A DNA stretch of 62,790 bases, counting the filler, from Basidiobolus ranarum (taxonomy: Eukaryota), in assembly GCA_040143965.1 (NCBI GenBank). It is 33 parts of 33 records of this genome, joined end to end, with 100 filler letters (N's around TTAATTAATTAA, not from the genome) between each part and the next. Parts side by side here need not be neighbours in the genome. Positions count along the whole stretch, not along the records: positions 11,485 to 13,295 come from JASJQH010011159.1; positions 13,396 to 15,206 come from JASJQH010011160.1; positions 15,307 to 17,116 come from JASJQH010011161.1; positions 17,217 to 19,025 come from JASJQH010011162.1; positions 19,126 to 20,934 come from JASJQH010011163.1; positions 21,035 to 22,842 come from JASJQH010011164.1; positions 22,943 to 24,750 come from JASJQH010011165.1; 26 more parts are not named here. One strand, written 5' to 3'. A model generated the notes under the pieces. The model saw only the letters and a program-made list of their open reading frames with translations, was not told the origin of the DNA and ran no database searches. The translations under genes and the position numbers were made by a program. Numbering within the stretch: the first letter of the stretch is position 1; every line of letters starts with the position of its first letter. Shown here one piece after another: positions 12,167 through 24,850 of this stretch.

Positions 12167-13295
12167 ATGCCACAACACAAACATTTAAAGAAGCCCAGCT
12201 ATTATTGTCAAAAATTCTTGAGCTATAAAAGCCTGAGGCTTCATAGAAAAAATAATCGCAAGCACAGTCACTGTACAAAGTAACTAGCTGCACAATGCCT
12301 GGTGTATAACAACAGTAATAAGTGCACTAAATCAACTTTAGTTTTGCCCATGGAGTCCACTGACTCCAGTTTGCCTCAAGGTGTTGATAACACAGCCAAA
12401 AGTCATGATACTGTGGAGTTACCACAGTTATATGACTAGAATGATGTAGGTCAAAATGCAACTTTGGTCATACCTGTAAGTCCAGACAACTTTGAGGACT
12501 TGATGCTAATTGTTGACCTTGGTTATTCTAGTACCAATGGTAGAATATCTGAAGTTGAAGAAGATTCTGGTTTTGTTACAGACTCTTTGTTATTGGCAAA
12601 CCTTAGTTCACTCATAGCACTTACTGTAAAGGAAGCAGCTTTGATCACTGAAGAGTGGAGATTTCAGTCCAATCTTAGCAAACAGGTGTTTGTTGGTTTT
12701 CTTACACTTATACCACAATTGATTGGCAACTGTTGCTTGCCACAGACATGGTACAAGTGAAAAACACTTATCACTTGTATGACTTATAATTGTTCAGTAC
12801 TTAAACTACCTTCATGTCCAAATGGTTGTTTGGCTTTCACCAGTGATCTCAAAAACCTGAAGTCATGTACTGTTTGTACACTATGGGCAATCACTCAATC
12901 AGATAAAGATTGTTCATATTTGGCTTACATACCATTGATGCCCCCTCTTAAAGTTTTGATGAAATCCCCCATATATAGAGCATTGCTCCAATACAAAAGT
13001 ACTCACCATAAAACTGATGGTATTACTGACATATTTGATGGATATCACTACCAAAATCTGAAAAGTCAAGGTTTCTTTGAGAACATATATGATCATGCAT
13101 TTGCATTGGCTCTAGATGGTTTCTCACTGAACAAATATACTGTTGGAAAGACTTGCTGGCCAATAATTTTAATCAACTTAAATCTTCCTTGTGCTGAATG
13201 ATATAAGAGTCATAATATTTTGATACTATCCATCATTTCTGGACCTAAATCACCAGTTCTTTTGGATATCTTCTTGGAGCCTTTGATTGGGGAAT
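12167..13295 (+). pseudogene. CMC/EnSpm (Tnp2/Transposase_21-like) transposase, 5' half
   Basis: CPNGC..CTVC, DIFDG, ALALDGF (first catalytic Asp), CWPIILINLNLP and SGPKSP; in-frame stops. Confidence 0.88.
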
Positions 13296-13395
13296 NNNNN
13301 NNNNNNNNNNNNNNNNNNNNNNNNNNNNNNNNNNNNNNNTTAATTAATTAANNNNNNNNNNNNNNNNNNNNNNNNNNNNNNNNNNNNNNNNNNNN

Positions 13396-13630
13396 AAAGA
13401 AATTAGAGATTTCAAAGATGACCAATTAGCATTCAAGTAGTAAATGTGTAAAATTTGAGTTACATTTCTTGCATATGTGTTGATCCATAGTTTTCTAAGA
13501 TTATAGGCAATCATGTGTTGCATCACTCCTGAAACTAAAAAAATTGGTGAAAATCAAATCCAACTTGATGATTTTATGGCAGTAAGTAAATGGTCAATCC
13601 AAAATGGATTAAAATGTGACAGGTTTCTTG
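13396..13630 (-). mobile_element. CMC element left subterminal region (diverged)
   Basis: Reverse complement of the 30090-30345 region. Confidence 0.7.
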
Positions 13631-15306
13631 CAATAGCAATCTACAAATTTCAGCTAGGGAAATAATTCTATACAAAAATAAAAAAAGTATATATGAGTGA
13701 AACAACATATGGGTGATTGATATAGACTTATTCCCAACTAGGATACAGGGGCCATTGATACATTACTTTCTGTTTCTAATAGCTTTATCTTAACTAAAGT
13801 TAATTGAGATTTGGAATATAAATTAGTTAGCCAACAAACAAGGACTATGACATGCCAAGTGTTGCAACCAACTTCTGATGATCACTTATTACTTGACCTG
13901 AACTAGCTATCCTACTCATCCTTTCTACCATCATAGAGAGTTTGCTATATATGATAAAGTGGTGCCAGTCCTTTATTCAATAAGAATTTGCCAGGTGATA
14001 CATCCAAAGTTATAATACAATAGCTTGTATGGTTGAATTGTACAATCCATGATAGTGTAGATAAAGAAGCAGATAGTATTATTCAACTTGACCAAACCAT
14101 TGCTTTCAATTTGATATGTTACTGATTTCCATTCATTTTTTGCCTGACAATAGTGTTGATAGTATCTAAAGCATTCAAGCTTATGTTAAAGCATAAACTT
14201 TGGGAACTTCATATTTAGTAGCATTAAGAAGAACTGTTATAGTTTACTGGTAAAGTTCAAATATCTGTTGATAGAACCATATTGAATATGTCCAAAAGAT
14301 ATTAGTCCCCTCATATTGGTCATTAGATTATGACAGAAAGGTTTAAAAGATTCAACTCTCAATATGTACTCAATCTGCAGAGATACTGGAATTCTTTGAT
14401 GAAGCTGGATTGCAACAGTTACCATTCTTTCTCACATCTTATATAGATACAACATATTTACTTCAGAATTATAACAAGTGAAAATAATTTTATTGCTCAT
14501 GTAATAACCTAAATTCATTGATAGCTCATATCTCTAAAAGTTCCAACTGAATTCATCCAATATTACTACAAGAGAAAAGCTGCTCAGAGCACCTGATCAA
14601 TCCTATACATACAGAGTCAGGTAGCACAGAACTGTTAGTTAGAATCACTTTACTTCAAGAATATCACTACTCATGGAATTTTGATGTTTTCACAAATAGA
14701 TTCTTATATAACATATGGTATCACTCCCAGATCTGATTCAACCAATTCATTATTAAAACTATAGCAAGAAATACTCTTAACAAATTAAATTGGAGACTTA
14801 TCTGCCTCCTCAACATTAAGAGTTGTCAAAATGTAGTGTGCAACAAAAATTGAATATTACCATCTGGGATAAGGATTGTATTAGCAAATGAGAGAAGAAC
14901 TCTTTGGTCCCTGTGGCCACTTCTCTCTATGTATCCATTACATTCAAAGTGTAAAACTCTTTGCAGAAAAGCAGCTCACTCAACAAGCCCTGCAGATATT
15001 CCAGAAATACTTATATATGCATAGAAAAAGTTGGCATGCCAGACTATTGGTATTGTGCTAAGCTTTACTCAAAAATACCAACTTACTGATAAAAGTGTTT
15101 AGGGGATTTGGAAGTGTTTTGGACAAGATTTGGATTTGTGAATTAGACACTTTAGTTTGAATTAAATATGTCCTATTTATAGTTTACTATAAAATGGAAC
15201 TATTGGNNNNNNNNNNNNNNNNNNNNNNNNNNNNNNNNNNNNNNNNNNNNTTAATTAATTAANNNNNNNNNNNNNNNNNNNNNNNNNNNNNNNNNNNNNN
15301 NNNNNN

Positions 15307-17116
15307 TTGTTTAGTGAGAAACCATCAGAGCAAATGCAAATGCATGATCATACATGTTCTCAAAGACACCTTGACTTTTCAGATTGTGGTAGTTATATCC
15401 ATCAAGTAGATTGAGGATACCCTCCGCTTTATGGTGAGTATATTGGTATTGGATCCATGATCTGTACCTGGGGGATTTCATCAAAACTTTAAGATGGAGA
15501 ATCAATGATATATATGCCAAGTATGAACAATACTTTTTTGATTCTGTGATTGCCAATTTTGTGCAAACAGTACATGTCTTCAGGTTTCTCAGATCACTGG
15601 CATAAGTCAGAAAACCATTTGAACATGAAGGTAATTTAATTACTGAAGGTTAATGAGTCATACAATTGACAAGTGTTTTCCACCTGTACCAGGTCTGTGG
15701 TAAGCAACAGTTGCCAATCAACTGTGGTAAAAGTGTAAGAAGACCAATAAACACCTAGTTGCTAAAATTGTATTGAACCCTCTATTCCTAAACAATTGAA
15801 GCTTTCCCTAGCATAAATAAAATCATTTGATTCTATTTGGATCCACCCTTGTGTATTGCAAAACTGTCAGAGAACCATCATAATATTGGTAGCTTGCATT
15901 CTGCCAGGGATCTTAATGGTAAAGTAGAGGCTTTTTGATGGTATTTTACTGGTATTCATACATAGTACAATATTGATCCTCATACTTGGCATGCTTCATT
16001 TAATTTCCAACAATTTTTGCAAAAAACTAATTATCAAATTGCAAATTACTGGGTTTACTGCTGTAGGAAGTCAAACTAATTTGCATGCCATTATTTAGTT
16101 ATTTTAGGCTTTATATTCTGGCCATAATGAGAATCAAAAAATTCGAGAATCTTGTTGTGTTTAGTCTCTACATATGCACATACTTGACTGATCAGATATA
16201 CGTCAACAACATCAATATGCTTAACAGCAAACTACTGGTGTCAAAATTGCCAAAAATCTGAAATCTTGAATAGAACCAACAAACAAATTAGTCCAATTAT
16301 AGAGGTACTTATTCTTAGTCCATGGATTGGGTTTTGTTGCTGTTATTGTGCTCAAACAATGCAAGAACCTGTGAACATATTGAAAAGAGCATTTTGTTGG
16401 AAGGTTGATAACTCTGGAGTCTGCTTAACCCATCACATTACATCTAACACTGATTTTGCTGACACATTGTTATTCAGATTAGCATATGGTAATACTGACA
16501 ATTTCATACAAATTATCATTTCACTGCAGGTGCACACCATTGGGAACTCCCAAAATGTATCAAAAGAGCCTATAATCTCCAAGTATTTTGAAAGATGCTC
16601 AGGCAAATGTATTAAAAACTAGCTTAGATTCAGTCTATTTTCTTATCAGAAAGATGCAGCAGGGAATGTGTTGCATACTGGCATGGATTCAGTCTATCTT
16701 CTTTAAACCTGGAGTAAAGTTTTTCATATCCAATTACAAAATATTAGCTCAGTCACTGTATCTGCCTAAAATCTGCCAATGTTAGTTGATCCCATAAGAA
16801 TATACAAACAATATCCACAAACAACTCCCAACATTGCCAATATATATCAGGCTAAAATCTTTGCAAGATTCCACTCAAACATATTCAAACGCAATACTTT
16901 CAGTCTTTGCATTTTAATAATGACCTATATTAGTGGATATTGCTGTGAGTCCTGGTAAAATATGATGGTATCTTAATGCTTTCAAGCATTTTTGCAATCA
17001 ATTCAAACTTTGATCCTATCTCAAATGGTTCATTAATATTAAATTTTCCACTGTCTAGCTTACCAACTAGAATTGGAATGTTGTTGAATAGTACGCGCAT
17101 AGTGCCTAATGGGAAG
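15307..17116 (-). mobile_element. Two CMC copies: transposase fragment (15307-15805) and a right end plus 3' half starting at the TIR at 15806
   Basis: CCCTAGCATAAATAAAATC terminus interrupts the transposase of another copy. Confidence 0.85.
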
Positions 17117-17579
17117 NNNNNNNNNNNNNNNNNNNNNNNNNNNNNNNNNNNNNNNNNNNNTTAATTAATTAANNNNNNNNNNNNNNNNNNNNNNNNNNNN
17201 NNNNNNNNNNNNNNNNGAAGATTATTGATAGTTTTATTATCAGAAATAATCCTTTCTCACAAAGTCTGCAAACTATTGACATACTATGGTGTGTTTTTAC
17301 CCTTTAAAGATAGAGTGAAGAATTTATCCACTATTGACATTTTTAAGCTTCCAATATACAAAATTCAGCTTTGGTGGAAATTCATAGTGCAATTAAGCTT
17401 TATTAATGAATATTTGAGCTATCACCCCTATCCCACACTACAACAGTTTACCTACCATACCATCATCAAATGTCAGTTAGGGGTAAGGATCCTATGTCCA
17501 GTTCATTTGACATAAGTGCTTTGAACTACTATGCATTTTTAGAATTACAATGATTCTAAATAGATATCTATCTTGTTGT

Positions 17580-17929
17580 TGTTGAAGTTAGGTATATAGC
17601 ATCACATTATTTAATAGTTGCTTTATTCATATTCTGATTACTTAGCACTGAATTCTGCTATTCAAAAATATGTGCTTATTGCTCTAATTGCTAGAAATAT
17701 CAATTAGATCACTGGTACCAATTTTCATATGTTCTCAAAACTTGTTGAAGTCACCTCAAATTTTCACCCATGCTTAACAGGCATGTTTGTTATGATTTAA
17801 ACATGTCCATTAGTCCTATTTCATAGTAAACTATTAATAGGACATATTCAATTCAATAAAACTCAAGTGTCTAATTCACAAATCCCAATCTTTTCCAAAA
17901 ACTGCCAAATCCCCTGAACACTTTGATCA
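17580..17929 (+). repeat. LTR family C, complete
   Basis: TGTTGAAGTTAGG...CACTTTGATCA; matches 7760-8110. Confidence 0.88.
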
Positions 17930-19025
17930 GTCACAGCGAGCCCTGGATGCTTGCTTGGGTCCATATAACATTTTTTGCAGCTTACTGACCATGTTGGTGT
18001 GTTTTAGGTAAACAAATCCATCTGGTTGGTCCATATAGATGTCTGCTTCTGGGTTCTCTTTCACATAGGCTGTTTACAGAGCATATCAGTATTTTTTGGG
18101 TGAGCAAATCCATCAAGTTGGTCCATATAGGTGGCTTCTTCTGGAATCTCATTCAGAAAGGCTGTTTTTACATCTATCTGATGTAAATTAAAATTATAAA
18201 TATGTGAAAGTAGCAGCATTGATCTAATGGTGCTAAGCTTAGATACTTGAAGCAAGGTTTTGGTAAAATCAACTCCAGCAGTCTGGATATGACCTTTTGC
18301 AACTAATCTTGCTTTGTACCATTCAATTGTTCCTTCATCTTGATTTCTAACTTTGTAGACCCATTTGCAACCAATTGGCTTTCTACCAGATGATAGAGGA
18401 CTTAAAGCCCTTGATTTATTGTCATGAAGTGAAGAAAAAATTACTTTTTGATCAAAAATTGCATCTTGGCACTTAATTGACTTCTGATGTATGGTGTCAA
18501 TCATGCTCTAGGCATTATATCCATTGCAGTAACAGAGAAATATGCATTCACTACTTTTGGGTTCCAATTTAGTGAATTTTTGATTTGGAAATAGGCAATA
18601 TGCTGTGCAACCAAAGATCCTGATTCTTTACAGCAGTATCAATCACTATATTAACTCCTTAGCACCCTCAATTTTTGTGTGGATTCTTTTTCTACCATTG
18701 CTTTGTGGTGTTTGAACTTAGTTTAGGCTATATGTCAACAAATCCATCTGGTTGCCCCATATAGAACTCTTCTTCTAGATTTCCATAAAGAAAGGCTGTT
18801 TTTACATCCATTTGATGTAGATCAAGGTTATGGATGGCTGAGAGTGCCAGGATTGATCTAATGGAGCTAAACTTAGCTACTGGAGCAAAAGTTTCATTAA
18901 AATCAACTCCTGGGGTCTGGGAATAGCCTTTTGCAACTAATCTTGCTTTGTACCTTTCTATGGTTCCATCAGCTCAGTTTTTGACTTTGTAGACCCATTT
19001 GCAACCTATTGGCTTTCTCCCTGAT
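17930..19025 (-). mobile_element. Copia RT fragments (three overlapping copies of the same RT segment)
   Basis: [20 protein letters not shown] and HQ(I/M)DVKTAF; YM(D/G)Q(P/L)DGF recurs three times. Confidence 0.9.
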
Positions 19026-19739
19026 NNNNNNNNNNNNNNNNNNNNNNNNNNNNNNNNNNNNNNNNNNNNTTAATTAATTAANNNNNNNNNNNNNNNNNNN
19101 NNNNNNNNNNNNNNNNNNNNNNNNNGACATTATCCTATCTTTACTGTTGAGTGCATCATGCAAATCAATATGGATTGCAGTTAAATATAGCATAAATTGC
19201 TTTAGTTGGATCATGATTGCTTATGCCTGTATGAAACAGTGAGAGTGTGAAATCATAATATATCAAAAAACACAATGATAGCCTATTATTACAAGCGATT
19301 TCTCTACAATTAAATGAAAAATATCTGTGAATTAAAGCTTGCGTAGCTGTATTGTCTTGATATGGCTCAATCTGTTCACATTCCCACCTAATGAGAAGCT
19401 TACATGATTGAATGAATAATTTGCTGATCTAAAATTGATGAAGTAAGCAATCCTGATTGCTACTATGATACTGCAGAGCAATCCATCATTGAGTGTTGTG
19501 ACTTGTCACTAGTGTGCCAAAACAACTGGTGTTTTGTAATGCAGGAGCCATTGGGCCTAATCGAAAATCAGGATACAGTGTTAGTGAGGGAAAAATGATT
19601 GGCCTCAAAACATGTGAAAGTCTTGGTTATGTATTGATTGGGTACGTTACAATATAAATTGTTTATTGGTACAAATTCAGTAATTGGTAAGTTACAAACT
19701 AGGGGATGAACCTGCTTTGTCAGTTACCCAAAATCTTAA

Positions 19740-20736
19740 TTTGGCAATACTAAATTGGGTAAGTTGGCTAGCATTGATGTGAGGAAACACCTGTCATTTA
19801 GAATTGCCTTGGCTAAACAGGCTGTTCACTAGTTACTTGTGGTTACACCTCCCAATATATCTTATCATGGATGCCAAAGACTTCTCAAGCAGTTTGTGAT
19901 ACCAGTTCTAGAATATGGAGCACATCTGCTCCCACTCAAGCAGAGGAACTATTCCAAACTTGATAGATTCTTCAGCTACTGCCTCAGGCTGCTGATGCTT
20001 TACTTGCCAAAGACTCCCTATGATCATGCTCTAAATAGAACATTTGGACTCTTCCCATATCTTATCAGAGCAGTACTATTGAGGGCTAGATTTTTACTCC
20101 AACTAAATGACTGCAGAAATCCTCCAGTCAAGAAGTGGCTAGTCATACCATCTTCAAATTCACTATCATGCTGGAAACTGGTACAAGCTGCCCCTCTAAC
20201 TTTTGAACTTGTTTTACAACTGCATCAAACAAAACAGCCCAATTCTGTTAGGGTTCCCACTTAACCAAAGGAGCTACTGTAAGCTTGATAGATTTATTAG
20301 CTACTGAGGGCCAGATTTTTACTTCAACTAAATAACTGCAGAAATCCATTGATCAAGAAGTGGTTAGCCACATCATCTTCAAATCCACTTTCACACTAGA
20401 AACTGATACATGATGACCTTCTTGTTTCTGAATTAGATATACAACTATAAGAAACAAAACAGCCAAAATTGTTGCTACGGATTTCTAGCTAGACCTTTAG
20501 AAGCAACACCTTGCCTCCAAGGCACCTTTTCTGATCCCCTTTATTCTAGGTTTTTGTCTTATTATCTATTTATTTTGTACTAAGTACTATCCTTTCTGCA
20601 TATCACCTTGGCCCCTTAACACCATATTTACATCCTCAGAACTTGATTATGTTGGTCATCAAATTAAGTATGGATATGATCCAGTGTCACAACATCTTAA
20701 ATGATTGATGTCTTGATTATCACTTTGTTTAGATTA
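19740..20736 (+). mobile_element. Non-LTR retrotransposon (LINE) RT C-terminal remnant and probable 3' tail
   Basis: LLKQFVIPVLEYGAHLL...KLDRFFSYCLRLL resembles the LINE RT thumb motif; internal partial duplication; tail recurs at 59283-59445. Confidence 0.65.
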
Positions 20737-21034
20737 TGTTGGATAATTAATCTTTATTCAACATCATAGTTAACTTTAGTTATGATACATATATCAGAAA
20801 CAGAAAGCAATATATCTATAGCTCCTATATTCTAAATAGGAATATCTCTATATCTATATAACAAGTATGTCTTATTACCCCCACTTATCTATTATATCTT
20901 ATTACACAAACTCCTGAATATCTCAAACAATTGANNNNNNNNNNNNNNNNNNNNNNNNNNNNNNNNNNNNNNNNNNNNTTAATTAATTAANNNNNNNNNN
21001 NNNNNNNNNNNNNNNNNNNNNNNNNNNNNNNNNN

Positions 21035-22842
21035 GGAAGTTGATGGTCTTGACGGTGTTTTGGTTGAACTTTGCTCAACTATTGATTTACTATGTAATTG
21101 GGGGATTACAATCTCTTCACTTGCACTATTGCTGGAAAGGAACACTTCTGGTAAATTGATTAATGCTTCATCATTAATTGAGTTAGTTTCCGGAATGTTA
21201 CTGCCTTTGAAGGTGGATAGTGAATTGCTAGACTGCTCATCAATTATGTCCTTTGTTCTTGCTGATTTTTTTCCTCTTGAGCCAGCAGGCTTTGGCTTGG
21301 AAGCCAATTTTGACTTGGATTTTGAATGGCATTGAAATTTTCAGATGGCAAACTTGGTGTAATGAAATTGCTTAGGAACAGCTTATAATCAACCAAAATT
21401 GCAATCCTTTACCAGCAATATTTTGTAAATCCCTTGATGGCTCATCTGTGACATCATCTCAAAATCAGCTGATGATATTGATGGGCTATATCTAAAATAC
21501 CACCCTTATGTGGGTGGTGTTCTTTTTTCCACAATATCCTTCTCATGGCACAACATAACCATTTAAAGAAGCCCTACTATTATTGTTGCATATTCTTTGG
21601 CTACAAATGCTGGAGGCTTCATAAAAAAATAATCACAAGAATGGTCACTGTACAAAGCCACCAGCAGCACAAAGCCTGGTGTGTAACAACAGTAATAAGT
21701 ACACTAAATCAACTTTAGTTTTACCCATTGAGTCCACTGACTATAGTTTACCTCAAAGTTTTGGTAACACAGCCAAAAGTCAAGACAACTTGGAGTTACC
21801 ACAGTTATATGACCAGAATGAGGCAGGTCAATATGCAACTTTGGTCAGACCAGTAAGTCCAGACAACTTTAGGACTTGTAACTAGATGTTGACCTTGGTT
21901 ATTCCAGTACTGATGGTGGTTTATCAGAAGTTGAAGAAGAAGATGACGGTTTTGTTACAGACCCTTTGCTACTGGCAAGAACTAGTCCACCCATAACACT
22001 TACTGCAAAGAAAGCAGCTTTGATTATTGAGCAGTGGAGAGTTCAATTCAATCTTAGCAACCAGGTGTTTATTGGTTTTCTTACACTTTTACCACAGTTG
22101 ATTGGCAACTGTTGCTTGCCACAGACCTGGTACAAGTGGAAAACACTTGTCAATTGTATGAGTTATAATCCTTCAGTAATTAAACTACCTTCAAGTCCAA
22201 ATAGTTGTTTGGCTTTAACCGGTGATCTGAAAAACCTGAAGTCATGTACTTTTTGTACACAGTTGGCAATCACTGAATCAGGTAAATATTATTCATATTT
22301 GGCTTACATACCATTGATTCCCCATCTTAGAGTTTTGATGAAATCACCCAAGTATAGATCATTGATTCAATACCAAATTAGGTACCATAAAGCTCATGGT
22401 ATTACTGTTATACTTGATAGATATCACTACCAGATTCTGAAAAGTCAAGGTTTCTTTGAGATCATATATGATCATGCATTTGCATTGGCACTGGATGGTT
22501 TCTAACTAAACAAATAAAATGTTGGAAAGGCTTGCTGGCCAATAATTTTAATCAACCTAAATCTTCCTCCTTCAGAACAGTATAAGAGTCATAATATTTT
22601 GATATCATCCATCATATCTGGACCTAAATCACCAGTGCTTATAAAGAGCTTCTTGGAACCTTTGATTGTGGAATTTGAATGGTTATCTAATGGGGTTCAG
22701 ATGGGTGAATATTTTATTAAAGGTAATATCAATGTATGTATTGGTTACTCTCTTGCCATCAGTAAACTTGGAGGTTTTTGCAGGCACAATGCACTATCTT
22801 GCTGTAGATTTTGTCAAATCAATGGTGTTTAGTCTAACAGGC
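21035..22842 (+). mobile_element. CMC element core: ORF2 start (ATG 21332, minus) and transposase 5' half (ATG 21545, plus)
   Basis: Same divergent layout as 11485-13295; ALDGF, FLEPLIVEF and CRFC. Confidence 0.88.
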
Positions 22843-22942
22843 NNNNNNNNNNNNNNNNNNNNNNNNNNNNNNNNNNNNNNNNNNNNTTAATTAATTAANN
22901 NNNNNNNNNNNNNNNNNNNNNNNNNNNNNNNNNNNNNNNNNN

Positions 22943-23640
22943 AGGAATGCTGCAAGACAGACTTCTTGGTGAGATAGATCAAGATATGCAGTACTATTGT
23001 TTTAGCCCTGGGGTAATCTATTCAAGCAATGACAAATCTACTTATGACAGGACATTTGTTGATGGCAAGTTGGGGATATTTTGGCTGAATTATTTATGCA
23101 AATTTGCAAAAATCCAAGAGCTTATTCTCATTATGAATTGTTATAAGAATCAGCTATTTGCCAAGTGTTACTGCTATTGATAATTTCAGATCTTTAGCAA
23201 TTTTTCCACCATTACTTAGCTGGTAAAGCATATTGATGTTGTTCAGTTATGTCTGCTTGGTCTAGTATTTGCATATGTAGAGACTAAGCACAACAAGATT
23301 CTTGTATTTTTTGATTCTCTTTATGGCTGGAATACAAAGCCTAAAATATCTTATTAAAGCAGGCATGTTAATTTGAATTCTTACAGCAGTAACCCCAGTA
23401 ATTTGCCATTCAAAAGTTTGATTTTGCTGAAAATTGCTGGAAATTAAATAATGCCCGCCAAATATGAGGATCTATATTTAGCAAGTATGAGTCCTATCAA
23501 AATACCATCAAGATGCCACCCTCTCACCATCAAAATTCCATGCAGAATGCAAGCCACCAATAGTGTAATGGTTCTCTGATGGTTTTGCATTCCAGAAGGG
23601 TGAATCCAATCTGGATCAAAGCAATTTGATTTTGTTAGGG
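22943..23640 (+). mobile_element. CMC transposase last exon and right end
   Basis: LQDRLLGEIDQD...GWNTKPKIS; ends TTTTGTTAGGG. Confidence 0.88.
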
Positions 23641-24517
23641 ATCATTTTGGATTTAATAGATAAACTGGATCAGGTTCACTCCAAGTTCTTTAAGTCATTG
23701 ATTGGTGTAACAAGTTCTTAGCCATGCAAAGCTAATAAAGCTGGGCTTATCATATCTGGCCTGAAGTAGATACTATATACTCAACATTACTTGGTTTTAC
23801 TTTGTGTTTTTCCGAAAAGTATCTAACTTCCTATTGCAAGCTGTTGGAAGTTGTTTTAAGCCATAGAGTGTTTTCTGAATTCTACAAGCTTTGCTAGATT
23901 TTGCTGGGTCTACTAATCCATCTGGCTGGTACATATATAGCTCCTCAGCAAGTTCAACAATTAATAAAGCCGCTGTAACATCCATTTGTTTTATTACAAA
24001 CTGATATTTTGCTGAAATTGCTAAAATTAATAAAACAAAATCAAATTTTGCTACAGGAGCAAAATTGAAGTATAATCTTTTCCTGATGTTTAGGAATAGC
24101 CATTGGCCACTGCTCTAATCTTGTACCTTTTGATATTGCCATAAGAGTTGCTTTTAACTTTGAATACCTATTGGCAGCCAATTACTTTTCCTTTCTCAGC
24201 TAAGATGGTAAATATCTAAGTTTTATCATCAATCAAAACCTGGCACTGATCAGCCATTATAAATCTGCAAAACTCAGGTGAGCATAATTAAGGGCCTCTT
24301 TTACAATCTGAGGTTCATGTACTTGAGCTGTGCAGGTATATGCCCAATCTCAAGCCACATTGATATAGTAATACAGGCTATATCTTATCCAATTTGATAT
24401 CCTGGCTTGGAATAAAAGATCTATAACTTCTGGTATTGTATCAGACACTTCTGTAGGCTCGATTTTGGTAAGCGGGTTCACTGTAATGCTATTTTCCTCA
24501 TTGTTTTGGTTTGAATC
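23641..24517 (-). mobile_element. Copia RT fragment (family D-like), interrupted by LTR-A at 24518
   Basis: MDVTAALL..EELYMYQPDG..QKTLYGLKQ. Confidence 0.88.
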
Positions 24518-24850
24518 TGTTGGAGGATCTTGACATAATGGGGTTAGACTTTGAGTATTAGAAGCATCTTATGATAGTATACTTTAGTTACTTTATTTTT
24601 AAGAGTATATAGTGACTTGTATAGTAGAACAGTAAATCAATTGTTTGCAATATTCAGGAGTTTGTGTAATAAAATATAATAGATAAGTGGGGGTAATAAG
24701 ACATACTTGTTATATAGATATAGAGATATTCCTATTTTGAATATAGGGGCNNNNNNNNNNNNNNNNNNNNNNNNNNNNNNNNNNNNNNNNNNNNTTAATT
24801 AATTAANNNNNNNNNNNNNNNNNNNNNNNNNNNNNNNNNNNNNNNNNNNN

